NCBI GenBank assembly: GCA_964016885.1
Contig: OZ024741.1
Coordinates: forward strand, 397,730,001 to 397,794,000
Direction of reading: 5' to 3'
Source of the DNA: Eledone cirrhosa
Taxonomy: Eukaryota
Length of the DNA stretch: 64,000 nt
This document shows, in pieces, positions 42,058-59,668 of the stretch; position 1 is the first letter of the stretch; each line of letters opens with the position of its first letter. A program made the position numbers and the translations under genes. Below the pieces are notes generated by a model. The model had not been told where the DNA came from and ran no database searches. It was given only the letters and a program-made list of their open reading frames with translations.

Positions 42058-42225
42058 AGGCGCATGGCTTAGTGGTTAGAGCATTGGGCTTGCAATTGAA
42101 AGGTTGTGAGTTCAATTCTCGGACCGGGTGATGTGTTGTTTCCTTGAGGAAGACACTTTATTTCACGTTGCTCCAGTTTACTCAGCTGTAGAAATGAGAT
42201 GATAGGACTGGGGGTCCATATCATT
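42058..42225 (+). mobile_element. tRNA-derived SINE, 3'-truncated
   Basis: A/B boxes and core match the 38071 copy. Confidence 0.75.
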
Positions 42226-43440
42226 AAATTACCCAAGACACCTCCTACGAGATATGGAGGCCAGCTAAACCTGCATAGGTGTGAGCTGTAACACACACAC
42301 ATGTTGTAAACCATTGTATAAATATTCCAAAAATAGTCACATGACAAACAAAAACAACACGGAATTGAAATATAAGTTGAAATTTTAGCAGGGGTCACTT
42401 TCAGTTTATTCCTATATGAGGGGTGGGGGTCATTATATTAATGTTTTCTAATATAGCTACAAATGGCAGCGAATTGACAGAGTCATTAGAATGTCAGATA
42501 GAATGCTTTGTAGTATTAGTTTCAGCTCCCTGCTCTCTGAGTTCAAATCCAACCGAGGTCAACTTTGCTAAAAAAAAGTAGCAGTCAAGTACTGGGATCA
42601 ATCCTTTCTCTATATCTCTTTCTCACTTCCTCTCTCTTACTCTCTCTATACTTCTCTGGAATATATCTGCTCTATATGGGGCCGTTACAGCTCCCTCAGG
42701 ATTTACTGGACTATACATACCATACAATCGAGGTACAAGGTCAGCAATTTGGGCAAAGAGGAAAGTCAGTTAAACCAATCCCAGTACTGAACTGGTACTT
42801 TAGTTTATCAGCCCTTAAAGGGCAAAAGGCCGAATTGACCTTGGTGGGAGTTGAACACAGAACATAAAGAGAAAAAATACCCTAAGACAAGGGGGGGTCA
42901 GTAAATTAATGGTTTCTAATTTAGGCACAAGACCAATAATTTTGGGGGAGGGGAAGTTCACTAAATCGACCCCAGTACAATTCTGATACTTTATTTTATC
43001 GACCCCGTAATGTTGAAAGGCAAAGCTAACCTTGGTGGAATTTGAACTCAGAACGTAAAGAGACGGGATGTAACTATATGCTGCAAAGCATACTGTTCAA
43101 TGCCCTACCAATTACTACCAATCCACTGCCCTAGGGTTCATGAAATAATTGTTTCTACTTTTGGCACAAGGCCAGCAATTACCCAGTACATTACTGGTAC
43201 TTTATTTTATCGACCCATAAGGATGAAAGGCAAAGTTAACCTCGACAGGATTTGAACTCAGACCATAAAGGGTCGTAACTATGCTAGAAAGCATGGTGTC
43301 CAACCCTCTACCGATACTGCCAATTCACCGCCCTTGGTTGGTAAAATAATTACCAGTAATATACTGGTGTTGAATTCAATCAACTACATCAATAACTGAC
43401 ATTTATTAAATATTATCTCTTTCATATTCTTTACTTTCAG

Positions 43441-43515
43441 ATCTCTCATCCTTCAGTTTAAATGCAACAGTTTTATTAGAAGTTTTAGAAACATGTATTG
43501 AAAGTCCAACCAAAG
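43441..43515 (+). CDS. PLK2: Polo-like kinase linker/polo-cap exon G
   Basis: Strong ctttactttcag acceptor. Encodes (D)LSSFSLNATVLLEVLETCIESPTK, an amphipathic helix like the polo-cap. Ends G|GTAAAT. Phase 1-1. Confidence 0.75.
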
Positions 43516-43567
43516 GTAAATAGTTTTTAGTTGTTTCAATTTAGCATATATATATATATATATATAT

Positions 43568-44220
43568 AAATTAGGAATAAGAGGGATCAGATGCTGTTTA
43601 CTCGAGGGAAGACTACGTTGGTACGGTCACGTGATGCGCATGAAAGACGACAGCTGTATAAAAAAATGCAGGGCGATAAAAATAGACGGTAGCCACGGAG
43701 TAGGCAGACCCAGAAAAACCTGGAACGACTTGATAAATTCCGACCTCACAAACTTAAACCTCTACAAGACAATGTCACTGGACCGAGATCTTTGGCGCTA
43801 CACAGTAATACAGAAGACCCGCGTTGCCTAAGTACAAAGCTAAACCTACAGTCAGTAGGTACCTCTAACAAAAATACACCCCGGCCCCACTACCCTCACC
43901 CCATCCACACCACCCCTTCCAATGTAAAGTTATGTTGGTACCACAACATCCAGTCCGAAACAAATGAGGTCGTGTAGGTGTCACGACAAAAAACACACAG
44001 TCCATGCTGTAATGTGGCCGTGTAGGTACAATGGTAAAAACCTCCCAGTCCACACTGTAAACGTGGTTGGTGTTAGGAAGGGCATCCAGCCGTAGAAAAC
44101 CCGCCAGACAGTCCTATACGAGCAAGTCAACCAATCTTGCCTCAAGTGGGAAAATTCCCGTCCAAACCCAATCTAGCGTGGAAGATGGACGTTAAAAGAT
44201 GATGATGATGATGATGATGA
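43568..44220 (+). mobile_element. RTE-clade LINE 3' fragment (subfamily B)
   Basis: Encodes [24 protein letters not shown]...GRPRKTW, then the same 3' UTR and (GAT)n tail. Confidence 0.85.
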
Positions 44221-44410
44221 TATATATATATATATATCTAAGGCGGGTAAATTTCCCGAGATCCATGGACGAGTTCTCTCCAGCGGTCTCTGTCCCTCAT
44301 TATCGCTGCCATGTCCTGCATCTCCAACAGACCAGTGTCTGTCCTTAGGGCATCAACATAAGTTAACCTTGGTCTTCCTCTGCTAGTGTGTCCCTGTATA
44401 TATATATATG

Positions 44411-44441
<31 letters not shown>

Positions 44442-44511
44442 GTATATATATAAAAGATGTAAAATAAGAAAATTTTAAAAAATTAAAAAAAATTAACTTA
44501 CTAAAATTTTC

Positions 44512-44593
44512 ACTCCAACTAATTAGTTTCTGCAATGGGATAAAGACAGTTACGTAATTTAACTGTCAAGAATTCATTGCGTCATCAGGGAGT
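44512..44593 (-). ncRNA. Type I hammerhead ribozyme motif, copy 1
   Basis: Minus strand ACTCC-CTGATGA-c-GCAATG...CATTGC-a-GAAA-CTAATTAG-TT-GGAGT. 5-bp stem I, long stem II, palindromic stem III (ACTAATTAGT), GUU cleavage triplet. Confidence 0.7.
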
Positions 44594-45055
44594 CTATTCT
44601 CAGCTAAGTCTCCAGGCAATGTGCGGACACTGGGGACTCATATAAAAATAATAATGATTCAGTAGATGGAACAGCTAGCAGGGACTGGATTCCATGCACT
44701 GAAAAGCTCGCTGTCTCTGGTCAAGTGGCTGATTCTAAAGAATCAATCACGTGACACTGAGGCTAGTCGGTAGGAGTGGGATGGTAAGATGACAGAAGCC
44801 TACTATCATACCAATAAATTAGTAGTGGTTTTGGCAGGTTTGCTCAACAAATAAGTAATTTGGAGATAAATATAGAGAATTTAGTATATCTACTAACATA
44901 TGCGTACAGATGTACGCTAATGCTAGCAAATAAACAGGTTATGTCATAGTACCTAGGTGGTTCAATGCAGGAGGATGCAGAACAATAATATAAAAGACGT
45001 AAAATAAGAAAATTTTAAAAAATTTTAAAAAATTAACTTACTTACTAAAATTTTC

Positions 45056-45137
45056 ACTCCAACTAATTAGTTTCTGCGATGGGATAAAGACAGTTACGTA
45101 ATTTAACTGTCGAGAATTCATTGCGTCATCAGGGAGT
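45056..45137 (-). ncRNA. Type I hammerhead ribozyme motif, copy 2
   Basis: Same as 44512-44593 with one stem II mismatch. Lies 544 nt from copy 1. Confidence 0.68.
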
Positions 45138-45418
45138 CTATTCTCAGGTAAGTCTCCAGGCAATGCGCGGACACTGGGGACTCATATAAAAATAATAATA
45201 ATTCAGTAGATGGAACAGCTAGCGGGGACTGGTTCCATGCACTGATTCCATGCACATTTTTTTAAATTTTCTTATTTTACGTCTTTTATATTATTGTTCT
45301 GCATCCTCCTGCATTGAACCACCTAGGTACTATGACATAACCTGTGTATTTGCTAGCATTAGCGTACATCTGTATGCATATGTTAGTAGATATACTAAAT
45401 TCTCTATATATGTATATA

Positions 45419-45481
<63 letters not shown>

Positions 45482-45482
45482 A

Positions 45483-45527
<45 letters not shown>

Positions 45528-45566
45528 CATTATCATCATCATCATTTCATTTATATGTGTATGTTT

Positions 45567-46848
<1,282 letters not shown>

Positions 46849-46849
46849 C

Positions 46850-47500
46850 ATCATCATCATCATCATCATCATCATCGTTTAACGTCCGTGTTCCACGCTT
46901 GCATGGGTTTGGACGGGGGTTTTCCCACTTGAGGCAAGAGTGATTATCTTGCTCGCATAGGACTATCTGGCGGGTTTTCTACAGCTGGATGCCCTTCCTA
47001 ACACCAACCACATTTACAGTGTGGGGCTGGGAGGTTTTACCGTGTTGCCTACACGGCCACATTACAGCGTGAACTGTGTGTTTTTTTGACGTGACACCTA
47101 CACGATCTCATTTGTTTCGGCCTGGATGTTGTGGCACCAACATAACTTTACATTGAAAGGGGCGGTGTGGATGGGGTGGGGGTGGTGGGACGGGGGTGTA
47201 TTTTGTTAGTAGGTTTTACTTTGTATTTAGGTAAGGCGGGTCTTCTCTATTACTGAGTACCGCCAAAGGTCTCGGTCCAGTGACATTGTCTTGGTGAGGT
47301 GTAAGTGTGTGAGGTCGGAATTTATCAGCTCGTCCCAGGTTTTTCTGGGTCTGCCTATTCCGTAGCTACCGTCTATCTTTATTGCCCTGCACTTTGTTAT
47401 ACAGTTATCGTCCTTCATGCGCATCACGTGATCATACCAACGTAGCCTTCTCTCGAGTAAACAACATCTGATCCCTCTTATTTCTAATTTTTTCCAAGAC
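46850..47500 (-). mobile_element. RTE-clade LINE 3' fragment (subfamily B)
   Basis: ORF 47227..47805 tail: [26 protein letters not shown]...GRPRKTW. (CAT)n at the left end. Confidence 0.87.
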
Positions 47501-47589
47501 ATATATATATATATATATATGTATGTATATATATATGTATATATATATATGTATATATATGTATGTATATATATGTATATATATGTATG

Positions 47590-47620
<31 letters not shown>

Positions 47621-47621
47621 G

Positions 47622-47654
<33 letters not shown>

Positions 47655-47701
47655 GCATATATATGTATATATATGTATGTATATATATATGTATATATAT
47701 G

Positions 47702-47772
<71 letters not shown>

Positions 47773-47796
47773 GTATATATATATATATATATATAT

Positions 47797-49654
47797 AGGC
47801 GACAAGTATACTTAGCTAGGAGGGAAGCAGAGGATAGAAAATTCAAGCATGTTTTGCAACGTGAGGACCAGAAACAGGAGGTATTCAAGATTGCGAGGCA
47901 GTGTGTCAGAGATAGTTGTGATGTCATTGGAGAGAAGTGTATCCGGAATGATAAAGGTGAGCTTGCCCTCGCAAGTGCTGAGAAGAAAGATGCATGGAAG
48001 AGTCATTATGATAGATTACTAAATGAGGAGAATGCATGGGAAGAAGAGACCCTACCCCAAGTAGACCCTATAGAGGGGCCAGCAGTACAAGTCAGCAGCA
48101 ACGTAGTAAGTAAGGCAATCAAAGATATGAAGATGGGGAAGGCAACCGGTCCATCGGGTATAGCTGCCGAGATGCTGAAGGCATCTGGATCTGTAGGTCA
48201 CACTATAACCACACGTATTGTTAACCAGGTAATACTAGAAGGTGTCATACCAAAAGATTGGTGCAGTAGCATCATTGTCAACTGCTACAAAGGTAAAGGT
48301 GATGCACTAGATAGAGGAAACTATAGAGGTATAAAGTTGATGGACCAGGTCATAAAAGTAACAGAAAGAGTTATAGCACAGTTGATTAGGGACCGGGTGA
48401 AACTAGATGAGATGCAATTTGGGTTTGTACCAGGGAAAGGCACCACTGATGCCCTCTTCCTTGTGAGGCAATTACAGGAAAAGTACCTAGCTAAAAGTAA
48501 GCCACTCTACTTGGCATTTGTCGACCTTGAGAAAGCCTTTGACAGAGTTCCACGTGCAGTAATCTGGTGGGCTCTTAGAAAACTAGGAGTAGATGAATGG
48601 CTTGTGAAAGCGGTACAAGCCATGTATAGGGGAGCAGTCAGCAAAGTTAGGATTAGCAATGAGTATAGCGAGGAATTTAGCGTACAGGTTGGGGTCCACC
48701 AGGGCTCTGTTCTTAGCCCGCTCCTATTCATCATAGTCCTGCAGGCAATAACGGAGGAGTTTAAGACCGGATGCCCATGGGAACTCCTGTATGCTGATGA
48801 CCTCACACTCATAGCTGAATCTATGGTAGAACTAGAGAATAAATTCCAAACTTGGAAGCAATGACTAGAAAGAAAGGGTCTCAAAGTCAACATGACAAAG
48901 ACTAAGGTCCTTGTAAGCAGACTGTATGATGCGTGTATCCAAACAGCAATGTTGCATGGTAGTGAGACCTGGGCACTGAAGGTGGAAGACTTACGTAGAT
49001 TAGAGAGAAACGAAGCCTACATGCTCCGATTGATGTGTAACAGTAATATACGTGAACGACAAAGCATAAATGAATTGAGAGAGAGACTGAGCATAAGAGG
49101 AATCAAATGCTGTGTGCAGGAGAGGCGGTTGCTGGTTTGGACATGTGATGCGTATGAAGGATGACGGCTGCATAAAAAGGTGCAGAGCACTAGAAGTTGA
49201 TGGAAACCGCGGAGTGGGAAGACCCAAGATGACCTGGGATGAGGTGATAAAAGCCGACCTTACCCAATTACACCTCTCAAAGGCAATGACACACGACCGT
49301 GATCTCTGGCGTCACGCAGTAATACAGAGTACCCGACCTCCCATGGGTACAAGCTGAAGCATATAGACAATATGCCCCCACACCCCTCACCGCAAGGTGG
49401 TCGTGGAGGTGCCACGGCAAAAAAGCACCCAGCCCACACTGTAAAGTGGACGTGTAGGCGCCACGAAAAAGCACCCAGCACTCACTGTAAATGAGGTTGG
49501 TGTTAGGAAGGGCATCCAGCTGTAGAAATCAAACCAAATCAGTTCCTGTATGAGGAAGGCATGGTCAGCCGACCAGACAATGCCCACAACAGGACAACCC
49601 GTCTAACCCATGCTAGCGTGGAAGAACGGACGTAAAACGGTGATGATGATGATG
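47797..49654 (+). mobile_element. RTE-clade LINE, 5'-truncated, RT with premature stop and internal deletion (subfamily A)
   Basis: RT motifs [38 protein letters not shown] and YADD. Stop at 48862-48864. Deletion junction near 48918. (GAT)n tail. Confidence 0.92.
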
Positions 49655-49696
49655 CATATATATATATATGTATATATATATATATGTATATATATG

Positions 49697-49729
<33 letters not shown>

Positions 49730-49806
49730 GTATGTATGTATATATATGTATGTATATATAAAGTATGTATGTGTATATATATTATATATATGTATGTATG
49801 TATGTA

Positions 49807-53280
<3,474 letters not shown>

Positions 53281-53342
53281 TTTGTATATATGTATGTATA
53301 TATATATGTATTTATATATATATATGTATATATATATGTATT

Positions 53343-53377
<35 letters not shown>

Positions 53378-53422
53378 GTATATATATATAAATGTATGTA
53401 TGTATATATATATAAATGTATG

Positions 53423-53471
<49 letters not shown>

Positions 53472-53491
53472 ATATATATATATGTATATAT

Positions 53492-54412
53492 ACTGTAGCT
53501 AGAGTCAGAACTGGTTGTAAAAAGTTCAGAGAGCTTATACCACTATTAGCTGCTAAAGGGTTCTCCCTAAAAATGAAAGGCAGGTTGTACGATGCCTGCA
53601 TACGAACAGCAATGTTGCATGGCAGTGAGACCTGGGCATTGTGTGCAGAGGATATACGCAGACTAGAGAGGAACGAAGCTTGCATGCTCCGCTGGATGTG
53701 TAACAGTAATATACGTGAACGGCAAAGCAGAAACGAACTAAGGAAAAAATTAGAGATAAGAGGGATCAGATGTTGTTTACTCGAGAGAAGGCTACGTTGG
53801 TATGGACACGTGATGCGCATGAAAGTCGATAGCTGTATAACAAAGTGCAGGGCAATAAAGATAGACGGTAGTCACGGAATAGGCAGACCTAGAAAAACCT
53901 GGGACGAACTGATAAACTCCGACATCACACACTTACACCTCTCCAAGACAATGTCACTGGACCGAGACCTTTGGCGGTACTCAGTAACAGAGAAGACCCG
54001 CCTTACCTAAATATATATAGTAAAACCTACTCCAGCCAGTAGGCATCTCTAACAAAATACACCCCGTCCCACCACCACCACCCCCACCCCATCCACACCA
54101 CCCCGTTCTATGTAAAGTTATGTTGGTGCCGCGCCATCCAGGCCGAAACAAATGAGATCGTGTAGGTGTCACGACAAAAAAACACACAGTCCACGCTGTA
54201 ATGTGGCCGTGTAGGCAACACGGTAAAAACCTCCCAGACCCACACTGTAAATGTGGTTGGTGTTAGGAAGGTCATCCAACTGTAGAAAACCTGCCAGACA
54301 GTCCTATGCGAGCAAGACAATCACTCTTGCCTCAAGTGGGACTACCCCCGTCCAAACCCATGCAAGCGTGGAACACGGGACGTTAAACGTTGATGATGAT
54401 GATGATGATGAT
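53492..54412 (+). mobile_element. RTE-clade LINE 3' fragment, near-identical inverted copy of 49820-50725
   Basis: Peptide TVARVRTG...[11 protein letters not shown] is almost identical to the end of ORF 50205..52661. The 3' UTR also matches. Confidence 0.9.
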
Positions 54413-54415
54413 ATG

Positions 54416-54446
<31 letters not shown>

Positions 54447-54455
54447 GTATGTATG

Positions 54456-54510
<55 letters not shown>

Positions 54511-54544
54511 ATATCATCATCATCATCATCATCATCATCATTAT

Positions 54545-54870
54545 TTCATTTTATGTCCGCTTTTTCCCTGCTTGCAAGGGTGGGACGGGAACTGATTCTG
54601 GCTTGATTTCTACAGCTGGATGCCCTTCCTAACACCAACCTCATTTACAGTGAGTGCTGGGTGCTTTTTGCCGTGGCACCTCCACGACCACTTTGCAGTG
54701 GAATGATATGGACGCCAGTCCCTATCATCTCATTTCTATAGCTGAGTAAACTGGAACAATGTGAAATAAAGTGTCTTGCTCAAGGAAACAACACATCACC
54801 TGGTCTGAAAATTGAACTCACAACCTTTCGATTGCATGGCCAATGCTCTAACCACTAAGCCATATGCCTC
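54545..54870 (-). mobile_element. tRNA-derived SINE, same family as 38071
   Basis: Reverse complement of the 38071-38405 copy. Confidence 0.8.
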
Positions 54871-55152
54871 CTGATATACACATATACATAATGTGTGTGC
54901 ATGTAAACTGAGGTGGTATTTGCCCCACAGATTTGGAGAATTTCTTGTCTCGCTCTCCAACAGCAAAGGAATCAGAGATTGGCCCAGTAGAAATCTGTAA
55001 CTAACAATGGTTACATATTACAAGCTGCTATATAAAATAACCTATTACAGTTGTTGTTGTTGTTGTTGTTTTTACATGAAGCAGCTTGGAAACAGTTCAA
55101 GTATTACATTATATTATATTTCTTTTCTTTCTAACTTTATTTTCTTGTACAG

Positions 55153-55330
55153 AAACAATGATATCAGAAGCTCATATCTCTTCAGTTCATCTGAATTCTC
55201 AGGATGTTATCTGGGTCACCAAGTGGGTTGACTACACAAATAAATATGGTTTCGGCTTCCAGCTCTCAGACAATACTATTGGAGTGTTTTTTAACGACAC
55301 TTCTCGGATTGTTATAACATCTGATCAGAG
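55153..55330 (+). CDS. PLK2: Polo-like kinase exon H, polo-box 1
   Basis: tttcttgtacag acceptor. Contains WVTKWVDYTNKYGFGFQLSDNTIGVFFND, the PB1 signature (the WVTKWVDYxNKYGFG form resembles PLK2). Ends AG|GTAATT. Confidence 0.93.
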
Positions 55331-56484
55331 GTAATTAAGTTCATTAGATTTTAATTTTTAGTTAAAAAAAACATCATCATCATCATTATCATCATTATGT
55401 TTTTATATCCATTTTTCCACGCTGGGCGGGTCCTCCTCAAAACATCATCTCTCCACTCGCTGTATTCCTTCATCATCTCCTCTGTGAGTCTCAGCGGTTT
55501 GAGGTCAGTTCAGCTCCCACCATCTCTGCCTAAGTCTTCCTTGGTCTACCGCTACTCCGGCTTCCTTCCACTGGAATTTCTTGGCACTTTTTCACACATC
55601 GATCATCATCCATACCCATCACGTGTTCATACCAATACAGTTTTCTCTCATATTTATTTAAAAATTAACATAAACATCAGATCTCATTGTAGGAAAAAAA
55701 TGTTTGTTGATTTTTTAATTTGTCAAATTATTTCATAACTAATGTACCTATGTCATCAAAATTGAAGTCTGTCTCAAGCCCAGAGTCTTATCAGAATGGT
55801 GCTTATCCTGGATTCTGTAGCATGAAGCAACTGAGAGTACAAGACTTACTCCTGGACAGGATGCCAGTCCATAGCAGAGTTAAACTTCATAGCTATTACT
55901 GGTACTCATTTTCAGCTGAGTACACTGGAGCAACATGAAAATGAAGTGTTTTGCTCAAAAACACAACACACAACCCAGTCCAGGAAATGAACCCACAACA
56001 TTATGATCATATGTTCAACACCCTTACCACTAGGCCATGTGTCTCCCCCATCAAAAGTGACAGTGGAAGAAATTGATAATTTGTTAAGTCCTTGTTGTTA
56101 TTAAATTGTTTTGGGGCAGTGGATTGACAAAATGCTTTGTGATACTGAATTATGGTTCGAGGCCTCTTTAGTTGTGTCAAAGGAATAACAACCTCTCTAG
56201 TGTTGGGGATCTACATGATAAACACACCCAGTACACTCTGTAAAATCGTTGGTGATAGGAATGGCATCCAGCCATAGAAAACATGCCCAACAAAGGGTTG
56301 AGAGGCCTCGTCAATAGTGTCAGAGATGTGACAATGTTCCTGGTGTTGGTGATTTACACAATAAAGGCACCCAGTACACTCTGTAAAGTGGTTGGTGATA
56401 GGAAGGGCATTCAGCCATAGAAAACTTGCCTAACAAAGGGTTAAGAGAGCCCTCCAATAGTTCCAGGGACATAACAACGTTCCT

Positions 56485-58730
56485 AGTGTTGGTGCTACTC
56501 TAGAGTACTGCAACATATGTAAGTGGAATCCCTCATAACATAACACCAATGTGTTGGTGCCAATCTAGAGTACTGCAACATATGTAAGTGGAATCCCTCA
56601 TAACATAACACCAATGTGTTGGTGCCAATCTAGAGTACTGGAACATATGTAAGTGGAATCCCTCATAACATAACACCAATGTGTTGGTGCCAATCTAGAG
56701 TACTACAACATATGTAAGTGGAATCCCTCATAACATAACACCAATGTGTTGGTGCCAATCTAGAGTACTGCAACATATGTAAGTGGAATCCCTCATGACA
56801 TAACACCAATGTGTTGGTGCCAATCTAGAGTACTGCAACATATGTAAGTGGAATCCCTCATAACATAACACCAATGTGTTGGTGCCAATCTAGAGTACTG
56901 CAACATATGTAAGTGGAATCCCTCATAACATAACACCAATGTGTTGGTGCCAATCTTGAGTACTGGAACATATGTAAGTGGAATCCCTCATAACATAACA
57001 CCAATGTGTTGGTGCCAATCTAGAGTACTGCAACATATGTAAATGGAATCCCTCATAACATAACACCAATGTGTTGGTGCCAATCTAGAGTACTGCAACA
57101 TATGTAAGTGGAATCCCTCATAACATAACACCTATGTGTTGGTGCCAATCTAGAGTACTGGAACATATGTAAGTGGAATCCCTCATAACATAACACCAAT
57201 GTGTTGGTGCCAATCTAGAGTACTGCAACATATGTAAGTGGAATCCCTCATAACATAACACCAATGTGTTGGTGCCAATCTAGAGTACTGGAACATATGT
57301 AAGTGGAATCCCTCATAACATAACACCAATGTGTTGGTGCCAATCTAGAGTACTGCAACATATGTAAGTGGAATCCCTCATAACATAACACCAATGAGTT
57401 GGTGCCAATCTAGAGTACTACAACATATGTAAGTGGAATCCCTCATAACATAACACCAATGTGTTGGTGCCAATCTAGAGTACTACAACATATGTAAGTG
57501 GAATCCCTCATAACATAACACCAATGTGTTGGTGCCAATCTAGAGTACTGGAACATATGTAAGTGGAATCCCTCATAACATAACACCAATGTGTTGGTGC
57601 CAATCTAGAGTACTGCAACATATGTAAGTGGAATCCCTCATAACATAACACCAATGTGTTGGTGCCAATCTAGAGTACTGCAACATATGTAAGTGGAATC
57701 CCTCATAACATAACACCAATGTGTTGGTGCCAATCTAGAGTACTGCAACATATGTAAGTGGAATCCCTCATAACATAACACCAATGTGTTGGTGCCAATC
57801 TAGAGTACTGGAACATATGTAAGTGGAATCCCTCATAACATAACATCAATGTGTTGGTGCCAATCTAGAGTACTGGAACATATGTAAGTGGAATCCCTCA
57901 GAACATAACACCAATGTGTTGGTGCCAATCTAGAGTACTGGAACATATGTAAGTGGAATCCCTCATAACATAACACCAATGTGTTGGTGCCAATCTAGAG
58001 TACTGCAACATATGTAAGTGGAATCCCTCAGAACATAACACCAATGTGTTGGTGCCAATCTAGAGTACTGGAACATATGTAAGTGGAATCCCTCAGAACA
58101 TAACACCAATGTGTTGGTGCCAATCTAGAGTACTGCAACATATGTAAGTGGAATCCCTCATAACATAACACCAATGTGTTGGTGCTACTCTAGAGTACTG
58201 GAACATATGTAAGTGGAATCCCTTAGAACATAACACCTATGTGTTGGTGCCAATCTAGAGTACTGGAACATATGTAAGTGGAATCCCTCATAACATAACA
58301 CCTATGTGTTGGTGCCAATCTAGAGTACTGGAATATATGTAAGTGGAATCCCTCATAACATGATGTTGGTGCCACTCTAGAGTACTGGAATATATGTTAA
58401 TGAGATCCCTCATAACATAACACCTATGTGTTGGTGCCAATCTAGAGTACTGGAATATATGTAAGTGGAATCCCTCATAACATGATGTTGGTGCCACTCT
58501 AGAGTACTGGAATATATGTTAATGAGATCCCTCATAACATAACACCAATGTGTTGGTGCCAATCTAGAGTACTGGTATATATGTAAGTGGAATCCCTCAT
58601 AACATGATGCTGGTGCCACTCTAGAGTACTGGAATATATGTTAATGAGATCCCTCATAACATATCACCTATGTGTTGGTGCCACCCTAGAGTACTGGGGC
58701 ATATGTAAATGAGATCGCTCATAACATAAC
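56485..58730. repeat. 65-bp tandem array (~34 units)
   Basis: Unit TAGAGTACTGCAACATATGTAAGTGGAATCCCTCATAACATAACACCAATGTGTTGGTGCCAATC. Shorter variant units appear at the right end. Confidence 0.96.
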
Positions 58731-59668
58731 AGAGTTGACCAGGGGCTACTTCAAAGCAGGAAACAACATAGTTAATTTTTCCCTATATCAGAACATCCAC
58801 TCAAGAATGCATGAAATGTTCAGTAGACAGCTTAAGGCTAGCTTTTCTCTAAATAGAATCCTGGCTACTCTCTAGCATATTGAATAGTTGTGGGCAGGTT
58901 TGTAGTTAAGAAAAAAAGGAGGGAGAAGAAAACCGTTAAAAATTTTGAAAGTATTTGTAGGAGATAAAAATAACAAATCTAGACTCACTAAGTAATTAAC
59001 CAGGTGAAAATTCAGTAAAATTAGACACTAAAATTATTTCTTCTGACTCATATCGGAAATTTATATAAATATATATATTTTTTTTGTTGATGTTGTTATT
59101 AAATTGAACAAGTCAAACAAGTTATGCTATGAAATTGGTAAAGTCGAGTTATATCATGTTGGTTTTCTATCTCATGATATATATATATATATGTATATAT
59201 ATATAGAGAGAGAAACATACAAAGAAACAACACCAACACTCACACACACACACATATATATATATATAGAGAGAGAGAGAGAAAGAAAGACAAACAGATA
59301 AACAAACAACACCCACGCTCACACACACACACACATATAGTTTAGCTGAGTTGATGACATAAGGCAAAGAGTAATTCAAAACTCAAATGTGATTTTCCTT
59401 ACCACATATTGATAGAAATGTTAGAAAATCAAATAATTTAATGTAATTTAATCCTGGTTAGTTTTATTTATGTAGAAGACCTTTCTATATAAACTCATAT
59501 GTATATATATATATATATAGAGAGGGAGAGAGATAGGGGGGGATGAATCACAGTTTAGGGATTAGTCCTACTGTATGGGACCTTTGGTACCTCACCTTGA
59601 GCTGATCAATGCCTTGTCAGCAAGTTTGGTATATGAAAACAGCACAAAACCTCATTATATATATATAT

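Larger units (their letters stand above)
44451..45410 (-). mobile_element. Tandem + inverted ~540-bp non-coding unit with hammerhead ribozymes (Penelope-like pseudo-LTR or retrozyme-like)
   Basis: Direct repeat 44451-44705 / 44991-45245. Inverted copy of 44870-45025 at 45256-45410. (TA)n on both sides. Confidence 0.75.

Noticed and set aside
56485-58730. CRISPR-like regular arrays (also 30810-31770 and 35177-36192)
   Set aside because: Units are contiguous and near-identical with no unique spacers, there are no cas genes, and the context is a eukaryotic intron.
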